Shown here: one piece after another, positions 19,321-26,404 of the stretch | Layout of the letters: every line of letters begins with the position of its first letter | Position numbering within the stretch: position 1 is the first letter of the stretch | NCBI GenBank assembly: GCA_964512755.1 | Contig: CAZEKN010000002.1 | Coordinates: forward strand, 1 to 28,751 | DNA: 28,751 nt | Direction: 5' to 3' | Source: an uncultured Desulfatibacillum sp. | Lineage (GTDB): Bacteria > Desulfobacterota > Desulfobacteria > Desulfobacterales > SpSt-501 | Notes under the pieces: generated by a model | Databases searched by the model: none | What the model saw: only the letters and a program-made list of their open reading frames with translations | Told to the model about the DNA's origin: nothing | Program-made: the position numbers and the translations under genes

Positions 19321-19435
19321 GATAGTTTAAAATTTTTAAATTTGACCGGATGGCAGTGAGTCCGGCTTTTTTTTGATTCGATGTGATCCACATGCTTTTT
19401 AAATCAATCATTATTCACGAAAGGGGATGATTTCC

Positions 19436-19723
19436 ATGCGATGCACCAGCGTTAAACCGGGAGTCGAATGCGCCTTTATGACGGCCAAGGGATGCGGCTA
19501 CAAAGGCGGAATCTGCCAACAAATCGTTGAACAATGCAGCGGCTGCGGCCGCCAGGGCCAATACAGTTCTGGCTGGTATTGCACCGCCTGCCCCGAACCG
19601 TCTTCCAAGTGGCGCAACGGCATCTGCAACCTGGCCACCCATGTTTCGGCTACGGTATCGACATCCGATACCAAACAGAAGATCAACCCGCTCAAGGCCT
19701 CCAAGCGTTCGGCCGGCAAATAA
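19436..19723 (+). CDS. PxxKW family cysteine-rich protein
   Basis: 9 Cys including two CxxC motifs, PEPSSKW, CNLATH, basic tail KINPLKASKR. AAGGGGA SD 8 nt before the ATG at 19436. Confidence 0.85.
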   Translation: MRCTSVKPGVECAFMTAKGCGYKGGICQQIVEQCSGCGRQGQYSSGWYCTACPEPSSKWRNGICNLATHVSATVSTSDTKQKINPLKASKRSAGK

Positions 19724-19743
19724 CATTCGATCATCCGTGCACC

Positions 19744-19775
19744 AGCCCCGCCAGGTTTCAGACGGGGCTTTTTTT
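19744..19775 (+). terminator. Intrinsic terminator after the PxxKW gene
   Basis: AGCCCCG/CGGGGCT stem followed by a T run that overlaps the stop codon of the convergent gene. Confidence 0.75.
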
Positions 19776-21048
19776 ATGGCTGTTTTTCCAGGAAGGCCAG
19801 CTCCAGGCTGATCGCCAGCACATCCATCGCCTTTCGAATGTCCGTCACGGATGGGAAAGACGGCGCGATGCGAATGTTGCGATCGCAGGGGTCTTTTTGG
19901 TACGGATAGGTGGAACCCGCCGGAGTGAGCTTGACGCCGGCCTCGGCTGCCAGCTGCACGACGCGGCGCGCGCACCCGTTGCGGGTATTGATGCTGATGA
20001 AATAGCCGCCAGCGGGGCGCGTCCATTCGACGATTCCACGGCCCCCCAGCTCCCGTTCCAGCACGTCCTGAACCGTGTCGAATTTCGGTTTAAGAATCGC
20101 CGCGTGATGCTGCATGTGGCTCTCGATGCCGGCCATGTTCTTGAAAAAGAGCAGATGCCTCAACTGGTTGAGTTTGTCCGGGCCGATGGTCTGAAACGCG
20201 AGGTGTTGCTTGACCCAAGCCATGTTGGCCGGGCTGCCCGCCATGAAAGCCAGTCCGCTGCCGGCAAAGGAAATTTTGGACGTGGACCCAAAAAGCAGCA
20301 CTCGATCTGGGTTCCCGGCCTTCCGGCAGGCCTGCAGTATGTCGGCCAGCCGTGCCGGTCCACTCCCCAAGTGGTGGTAGGCGTAGGCGTTGTCCCAGAA
20401 AATTCGAAAATCCGTGGCCTGGGTGGGCATGCGCGCCAGGCGCTCAACGACGTCGTCCGAATAGACCTCGCCGGTGGGATTGCTGTATTTGGGGACGCAC
20501 CAGATGCCCTTGATTCCGGCATCCGCCGCTGCGAGGGTTTCAACGACATCCATGTCCGGTCCGTTTCCGCGGAAGTCGACCGGGATCATTTCGATGCCCA
20601 GGTGTTCGCAGATGGCGAAGTGGCGGTCGTATCCGGGGCTGGGGCATAAGAACTTGGCGGGAGCCTGGCGGGACCAGGGCGCGGACCCCGGAGCGGCTCC
20701 GAACACCCACGCCCAAGTCATGGCGTCATGCATCAGACTGAGACTGGAGTTGCCGCCGATCAGGATCTCGTCGGGTTGCACCCCCATGTATTCGGCAAAA
20801 AGCGCCTTCACTTCCGGGATGCCGTCGAGCCCACCGTAATTGCGGCAATCGGAGCCGTCTGTGGCCTTGAAATCCCTGCGGCTTAAACATTCCAGCAAGC
20901 CTCCGGATAGTTCCAGCTGGTCCGGGCAGGGCTTGCCGCGGGTCATATCCAGCGTGATTTTCTGCTGTTGGAATTCTCGGTAGCGTTCGAGGAGCTCCTC
21001 CCGGCGTCGCGCCATCTGACAAGGATCGATTCGGGTCGAGGCATTCAT
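19774..21048 (-). CDS. PLP-dependent class I/II aminotransferase, type Ic aspartate aminotransferase-like
   Basis: LDMTRGKP, NYGGLDGI, CPSPGYDRHF, CVPKYSNPTG, FWDNAY, STSK (PLP lysine), NIRIAPS. Confidence 0.88.
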   Translation of the reverse strand: MNASTRIDPCQMARRREELLERYREFQQQKITLDMTRGKPCPDQLELSGGLLECLSRRDFKATDGSDCRNYGGLDGIPEVKALFAEYMGVQPDEILIGGNSSLSLMHDAMTWAWVFGAAPGSAPWSRQAPAKFLCPSPGYDRHFAICEHLGIEMIPVDFRGNGPDMDVVETLAAADAGIKGIWCVPKYSNPTGEVYSDDVVERLARMPTQATDFRIFWDNAYAYHHLGSGPARLADILQACRKAGNPDRVLLFGSTSKISFAGSGLAFMAGSPANMAWVKQHLAFQTIGPDKLNQLRHLLFFKNMAGIESHMQHHAAILKPKFDTVQDVLERELGGRGIVEWTRPAGGYFISINTRNGCARRVVQLAAEAGVKLTPAGSTYPYQKDPCDRNIRIAPSFPSVTDIRKAMDVLAISLELAFLEKQP

Positions 21049-21090
21049 GGTATCGCCGTCCTTTCAAGCATCCTTAAATATTGCTGCCAG

Positions 21091-21119
21091 CCTATAGCAT
21101 CGGTCATCGCGATCTTCAA
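21091..21119 (-). promoter_or_regulatory. sigma70 promoter (extended -10) for the aminotransferase
   Basis: TTGAAG (21119-21114), N17, TATAGG (21096-21091), preceded by TGn. Confidence 0.55.
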
Positions 21120-21162
21120 GCGGCAATTTTTTGCCAGGATCCGCATCCGGCTTCCGGTCGGG

Positions 21163-21903
21163 CTAGTATTTCACCTCGACCAGGAAAAGGCCTCGGGCCG
21201 GAGCCGTGACACCGGCACGGCGGCGGTCCCGGCTGGCCAAGATCGTTTCGATTGCTGGCGGGTCGAGCTTGCCCAGCCCCACCGCCACAAGCGTGCCGAC
21301 GATATTGCGCACCATGCCGCGCAGGAACCCGTCCGCCTCGATCCGGAAAGTGAGGCGGCGGTCCTCCGGCTCCTCAACCCAGACCGCTTGCATGACGTGC
21401 CGCCGGGTATGCGCCCGCGGGCTGCCGGCGCTTTCGAACGCTTTGAAATCCTGCAGACCGATGAGGCGTTCGGCGGCCTGCCCCATGGCCGTTAGGTCCA
21501 GCGGCCGGTGGATGAACCAGGCATAGTCACGGCCGACCGCCGCACGCGCCGTGCGGTTTAGGATGCGGTAATGATAGCGCTTGCTTTTGGCCGAAAAGCG
21601 GGCATGAAAGTCATCCGGCATCCGACAACAGTCGCGGATGGCGATGTCGCGAGGCAGCAGGCTGTTCAGCCCCTTGAGGATTTCTTCGGGAGAGAGACGG
21701 GTTTCACAACGGAAGTTGGCCACTTGGCCGAGGGCGTGGACGCCCGCGTCGGTTCGTCCGGCGCCGATCAAGGTGACGGTCGAGTGGGTCATGTTTCCGA
21801 GGGCGCGCTCGATCTCTGCCTGGACGGTAGGCGCCTCGGACTGCCGCTGCCAGCCGTGATAGGCCGATCCGTCGTATTCGATGGTCAGTTTGAAGTTTTT
21901 CAT
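21163..21903 (-). CDS. truA: tRNA pseudouridine(38-40) synthase
   Basis: EYDGSAYHGWQRQ, AGRTDAGVHA (catalytic Asp), FHARFSA, GFLRGMVRNIVG, TAPARGL. Confidence 0.96.
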   Translation of the reverse strand: MKNFKLTIEYDGSAYHGWQRQSEAPTVQAEIERALGNMTHSTVTLIGAGRTDAGVHALGQVANFRCETRLSPEEILKGLNSLLPRDIAIRDCCRMPDDFHARFSAKSKRYHYRILNRTARAAVGRDYAWFIHRPLDLTAMGQAAERLIGLQDFKAFESAGSPRAHTRRHVMQAVWVEEPEDRRLTFRIEADGFLRGMVRNIVGTLVAVGLGKLDPPAIETILASRDRRRAGVTAPARGLFLVEVKY

Positions 21904-21930
21904 GCGACGGGTTGTCGGTGACCATGGCCA

Positions 21931-22170
21931 TCACAGGCGGTCGCAGCGGATGTCGGCCAATTCCTCCTCGAGGATGTCGTCCAGCCGGTCGCGGTATTCC
22001 GCTAGACGATAATGGGCGCCGCAATGCCTGCAGCGCAGCTGCACGGCCGTTCAGGTGCGCCGAAGCTCGAGCCGGCCGTTGCATTGGTGGCAGTTCAGTC
22101 GCGGGTCCGATGAACGTTTAATGTCGATTCTCCGATCCGGGTTGTCAATTTCAAACGGAGGCACCACCAT
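21931..22170 (-). CDS. Dual-CXXC motif small selenoprotein (in-frame TGA at 22053-22051 read as Sec)
   Basis: Hand translation: MVVPPFEIDNPDRRIDIKRSSDPRLNCHQCNGRLELRRT-U-TAVQLRCRHCGAHYRLAEYRDRLDDILEEELADIRCDRL*. The two CxxC motifs lie on either side of the TGA and a hairpin follows it. The start codon is uncertain. Confidence 0.8.
22016..22036 (-). promoter_or_regulatory. Candidate bacterial SECIS element
   Basis: GCGCUGCA-GGCAU-UGCGGCGC: 8-bp stem (one G-U pair). The loop starts with G, 22 nt after the UGA. Confidence 0.55.
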
Positions 22171-22195
22171 AGCTGAGAGGCGGGGCGAGTGTCAA
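22166..22195 (-). promoter_or_regulatory. Possible sigma70 promoter for the selenoprotein-truA unit
   Basis: TTGACA (22195-22190), N18, TATGGT (22171-22166). The -10 overlaps the first ATG. Confidence 0.4.
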
Positions 22196-22410
22196 ACGCC
22201 TCCAGCCGGGTTCCTGCGGCCGGGAGCATGGCGGAGCGCGGGTGTTGAGACCGGGCATGGGGCAAACGAGCAAAGATCCAGCCGGTACCGCGGTCGGTAG
22301 AGATGGATTGATTGACAAGCGCAGGCGATTCTGTCAAATCAGCTGCAACCACATAAATATAGGACTGCGGCGGGAGGTACGGCCGGAGCCACATCGACAG
22401 GAGATCCAGC

Positions 22411-23595
22411 ATGTCCATCATCCCGTGTCCCGGATTCAGGGCTGCCGGCGGGGTCGGCGGTATCAAGAAGAACGGCCGCAAGGACCTCGGCCTGATCGCC
22501 TGCGATGGCCCGGCCAGCGTGGCGGGTGTCTTTACCCGCAACCGGGTTCAGGCTGCGCCGGTGCTGCTGGATCGTGAGCGCGTCGGCAGTGGGGTTTGCC
22601 GGGCGGTAATCGCCAACAGCGGCAACGCCAATTGCTGCACCGGGAGCGCTGGTTACCGCGACGCCGTGCGTATGGCGCGCGTCGCCGCCACCGGATTGGG
22701 CGTTCCCGAAGAACAGGTGCTGGTGGCGTCCACGGGGGTAATCGGCGAACCGCTGCCGGTCGAGCGGATTGAGCGGGCCTTTCCGTCCCTGCTTGAGACG
22801 CTGTCTCCGGAAGGGGTGGGGGATTTCGCCGAAGCCATCATGACCACCGACCGGGTTCCGAAGGTCGTCTCCCGGCTGATTGAAATTGACGGCCGCTCGG
22901 TCACCCTCACCGGCGTGGCGAAGGGCGCCGGCATGATCCGGCCGGACGTGGCTACCATGCTCTGTTTCCTCATGACCGATGCCCGGGCATCGGCGGGGCT
23001 GTTGAAGGATATGCTATCCGCCGGGGCCGAGCGTTCCTTCAACCGGATCACCGTGGACGGCGACACGAGCACGAACGACACAGTCCTGATGTTGGCCAGC
23101 GGGCGCTCGAATGCCGGCCTGGAACCAGCGGGTGCCCGCGAGGCGTTTCAAGCGATGCTGGACGACGTGATGCTTGCCCTGGCCAAATGGGTGGTGAAGG
23201 ACGCCGAGGGCTCGAACAAGCTGGTGGAAATTCGGATCGTCGGTGCGGCGACCGATGGCGAGGCGCGCGCCATGGCCGATACGATCGCGCACTCGCCGCT
23301 GGTCAAGACCGCCCTGTTCGGCGAAGATGCCAACTGGGGTCGGATACTGGCCGCGGCCGGCCGCTCCGGAGCCGCACTCGATCCGAGCCGGGTGGATATC
23401 TTCATCGGGCCGGTTCAGATGGTTTCCAATGGGATCGGATGCGGCAAAGCAGCCGAGGGCGCAGCCACCCGTGTGCTGAAAACTGATGAATTCAGCATCA
23501 CCGTGGATCTGCATCTCGGACTGGGCCGGGCTGAAGTTTACACCTGTGATCTGTCGATCGACTACGTGAAGATTAACGCCGATTACCGCAGCTAA
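22411..23595 (+). CDS. argJ: Bifunctional ornithine acetyltransferase/N-acetylglutamate synthase
   Basis: GVFTRN, NSGNAN, STGVIG, IMTTD, KGAGMIRPDVATML (autocleavage Thr), DGDTSTND, DAEG, YVKINADYRS. AGGAG SD. Confidence 0.96.
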   Translation: MSIIPCPGFRAAGGVGGIKKNGRKDLGLIACDGPASVAGVFTRNRVQAAPVLLDRERVGSGVCRAVIANSGNANCCTGSAGYRDAVRMARVAATGLGVPEEQVLVASTGVIGEPLPVERIERAFPSLLETLSPEGVGDFAEAIMTTDRVPKVVSRLIEIDGRSVTLTGVAKGAGMIRPDVATMLCFLMTDARASAGLLKDMLSAGAERSFNRITVDGDTSTNDTVLMLASGRSNAGLEPAGAREAFQAMLDDVMLALAKWVVKDAEGSNKLVEIRIVGAATDGEARAMADTIAHSPLVKTALFGEDANWGRILAAAGRSGAALDPSRVDIFIGPVQMVSNGIGCGKAAEGAATRVLKTDEFSITVDLHLGLGRAEVYTCDLSIDYVKINADYRS

Positions 23596-23657
23596 CCCCT
23601 GGTCCTTGCGCGCTCCGACCGAACCGGTTGCCTCCGCACTACGTTTCGGTAAGTTCC

Positions 23658-24353
23658 ATGACCCTCATGCGTCTCCAAAAATTTCTGTCCGCAGCGGGCG
23701 TGTGTTCACGCCGCAAGGCCGAGGACCTCATCCGTGCGGGACGTGTTCGGGTCAACGGCCAGGTGGTGGTTGCGCTGGGCGCCAAAACCGATCCTCAAAC
23801 CGACCGGGTTTCGGTGGACGGACAAGCCGTCCGTCCGGCTGAGCGGATGATTTACATCGCCCTGAACAAACCCCGGGGGTATGTCTGCAGTTGCCGGCAT
23901 GCCGGAAAAAAAATTGTGCTCGACTTGGTGGATGTGTCCGAGCGGGTCTATCCGGTGGGGAGGCTGGACAAAGAGTCCACCGGCCTCCTATTGTTGACCA
24001 ACGATGGACGGTTGCACTTGAAGCTCTCGCACCCTTCCTTCGACCATGAAAAGGAATACGAGGTCGTCGTCGAGCGCCCGATTTCAGACGGCGCCCTGCG
24101 GCGCATGGCGGAAGGGATGCCGATTCTGAACACCCGCACCCGGCCGGCGGTGGTGCACAGAATCGGCGAGCGGCACTTCCGGATCGTGCTCAAAGAGGGC
24201 CGCAACCGCCAGATTCGGCGCATGGTGAGCCGGCTCGGCAACGAGGTGGTGGAGCTTAGGCGCATTCGAGTGGCCCATATCCGGCTGGATCGCCTGCCGG
24301 AAGGCAAGTGGCGCCATTTGACCGATCCGGAAGTGCGAGCGCTTCTATCCTAA
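23658..24353 (+). CDS. rRNA pseudouridine synthase (RsuA/RluB/E/F family)
   Basis: S4 domain RLQKFLSAAGVCSRRKAE, LNKPRG, VGRLDKESTGLLLLTNDG, EGRNRQIRRM. Start is 23658 or 23667. Confidence 0.92.
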   Translation: MTLMRLQKFLSAAGVCSRRKAEDLIRAGRVRVNGQVVVALGAKTDPQTDRVSVDGQAVRPAERMIYIALNKPRGYVCSCRHAGKKIVLDLVDVSERVYPVGRLDKESTGLLLLTNDGRLHLKLSHPSFDHEKEYEVVVERPISDGALRRMAEGMPILNTRTRPAVVHRIGERHFRIVLKEGRNRQIRRMVSRLGNEVVELRRIRVAHIRLDRLPEGKWRHLTDPEVRALLS

Positions 24354-24911
24354 ACGATGGGGCAAGCAGCGACTCAAAACGAATTCGACCCGCTCGGGGA
24401 CCGGCATGACGGGAACCCGGATGATGTCGTAGCCCAGGCCGCTGTACGCCGTTTCGATCAAACCTTCAATTCGATCCGCCGATTGCGCATTTTCCGAGCG
24501 GACCGGATCCTTCATAAATTCAAGCCGTTCAAAGAGAAATACCCGCCGGTATCGAACCCGAAGGCTTTGCCGCAGTGGTTCCGACGGGTCCAGACCTTCC
24601 AGAATGTAGTAGGCGATGCTGTCCGGCAGGGCGCGATCGAGAAACAGGGCGTCGCCGGCCGGCAGGCGGGCTTCCATCCTGAGTTTCGCTCGGAAAATCC
24701 GGCCTTCGAAGCAGTGGGGGTCGGCCTTGATCTCCCTCAGAAGCCGTCCTTTTTTCAATTCGTCGTCGATGTAGGCGCGCGCCGCCTCGGGAACCACCCG
24801 AAGTCCCCGCAGTGAGAGTTCCGTGATCACGGACGTTTTTCCGGAACATGGCGCCCCGGTGATCACGCGCCAGCGTGTTCGGCGAATGGCAGGTCGGTTC
24901 GCTGCGGCCAT
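24345..24911 (-). CDS. AAA_28-type P-loop ATPase/kinase
   Basis: VITGAPCSGKTSVI, VPEAAR, FLDRALPDSIAY. ATG at 24911. 9-bp convergent overlap with the pseudouridine synthase. Confidence 0.8.
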   Translation of the reverse strand: MAAANRPAIRRTRWRVITGAPCSGKTSVITELSLRGLRVVPEAARAYIDDELKKGRLLREIKADPHCFEGRIFRAKLRMEARLPAGDALFLDRALPDSIAYYILEGLDPSEPLRQSLRVRYRRVFLFERLEFMKDPVRSENAQSADRIEGLIETAYSGLGYDIIRVPVMPVPERVEFVLSRCLPHRLG

Positions 24912-25066
24912 GCGTTGGAATGGATTTTTCGAGAGTTTTTGTGATATATTTAAATCTTGTGCCGTATTCGCTGCGGAAGGTCTGACAGCTTTATAGACGA
25001 TTTTCCATGGGTTAACAATGACTCGGCCTTGAGATTGTCCTGTTGTTGAAAGGGGCTGAGAGGCCG

Positions 25067-26404
25067 ATGAATGAAGAATTTGAAGGTCTGAGTATGACTC
25101 GGTTCGAGGCGTTGTTGGAGAGACAGGAAAAAGTTGCGGTGGTGGGCCTGGGATATGTGGGGCTCCCGCTGCTGGTCCGGTTGGCGGAGCACTTCGATGT
25201 GGTCGGTTATGACCAAAAACGGGTGCGCATCGACGAGCTGAAAGCGGGAGTCGACCGCACGCTTGAGGTTTCCGGTGATACCCTGCGGGCCGCACGAGTT
25301 CATTTCAGCGACAACCCTCGCGACCTCTCGGACTGTCGGGTGATCATTGTGGCCGTGCCCACTCCCATCGACGCCTACCGTATCCCGGACCTGACGCCGG
25401 TGGAAAGCGCGTCGGTTACGGTTGGCCAACATATGCCCGTGGGCAGTTGCGTTGTGTTTGAGTCCACGGTTTACCCCGGTGTTACGGAAGAGGTGTGCGT
25501 CCCCCTCCTGGAGCGTGAATCCGGATTCCGTTTTGGAAAGGACTTCACGGTGGGCTATTCGCCCGAACGCATCAATCCCGGCGACAAGGTCCACACCCTG
25601 GATCGGGTGGTGAAAGTGGTGTCCGGCTCGGATGCCGAAACGTGCGACCTGCTGGCTCAACTTTACGGCAAGGTCGTGTCGGCCGGCATCCATCGGGCCT
25701 CTTCGATCAAGGTGGCCGAGGCCGCCAAGGTGATCGAAAACACCCAGCGGGATCTCAACATCGCGCTGATGAACGAGCTGTCCATGATATTCGAGCGCCT
25801 CGGCATCGACACGTTCGAGGTCCTTCAGGCCGCCGGGACGAAATGGAACTTCCTGCCGTTTCGGCCGGGGCTGGTGGGAGGGCACTGCATCGGGGTGGAC
25901 CCTTATTATCTTACCGCAAAGGCCGAGTCTCTGGGGTACCACCCGGAAATCATTCTGGCCGGGCGGCGCATCAATGACGGCATGGGGAAATACGTGGCCG
26001 AGCGAACCATTAAAATGATGATCGCGGCGGGAAAACCGGTGCTCGGCGCGCGAATCGCCATATTGGGAATCACATTTAAAGAAGACGTGCCGGACCTGCG
26101 CAACACCAAGGTGGTGGACATCGTCCGGGAGTTGAAGGATTTCGGGACCGAGGTGCTGGTGAGCGATGCGCTGGCGGACCCGGAAGAGGCGAGGGCCCAT
26201 TACGGAATCGAGCTGAGGCCTCTGGAAGCCGCATCCGGGGTAGATGCGGTCATTCTTGCGGTTCAGCACAACGCCTATTTGCAGCTGGGGCTCCCCAAAC
26301 TGGCCGGACTTTGCCGTTCTGCACCGGCGTTGTTTTTCGACGTCAAAGGCTGCTTTCAGCCGGAGGAGGCCAAGCGGCTCAACATCGTCTACCGCAGGCT
26401 TTAG
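25067..26404 (+). CDS. Nucleotide-sugar dehydrogenase (WbpO/TviB-like UDP-HexNAc 6-dehydrogenase)
   Basis: VVGLGYVGLP, VPTP, ESTVYPG, SPERINPG, AKVIENTQRDLNIA, GGHCIGVDPYYL, GITFKEDVPDLRN. Start is 25067 or 25094. Confidence 0.93.
   Translation: MNEEFEGLSMTRFEALLERQEKVAVVGLGYVGLPLLVRLAEHFDVVGYDQKRVRIDELKAGVDRTLEVSGDTLRAARVHFSDNPRDLSDCRVIIVAVPTPIDAYRIPDLTPVESASVTVGQHMPVGSCVVFESTVYPGVTEEVCVPLLERESGFRFGKDFTVGYSPERINPGDKVHTLDRVVKVVSGSDAETCDLLAQLYGKVVSAGIHRASSIKVAEAAKVIENTQRDLNIALMNELSMIFERLGIDTFEVLQAAGTKWNFLPFRPGLVGGHCIGVDPYYLTAKAESLGYHPEIILAGRRINDGMGKYVAERTIKMMIAAGKPVLGARIAILGITFKEDVPDLRNTKVVDIVRELKDFGTEVLVSDALADPEEARAHYGIELRPLEAASGVDAVILAVQHNAYLQLGLPKLAGLCRSAPALFFDVKGCFQPEEAKRLNIVYRRL

Noticed and set aside
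24912-25295. Extension of the AAA_28 ORF, and a sigma54-like GGCAC site in the AT-rich gap
   Set aside because: The extension overlaps the dehydrogenase gene, and the GGCAC site lacks the -12 TGC element.
56-26269. Long antisense ORFs (56-901, 2024-3046, 3442-5154, 6338-7420, 8332-9375, 18220-19227, 19534-20649, 24950-26269 and others)
   Set aside because: They lie opposite well-supported genes and have no recognisable motifs; they are typical shadow ORFs of high-GC coding DNA.
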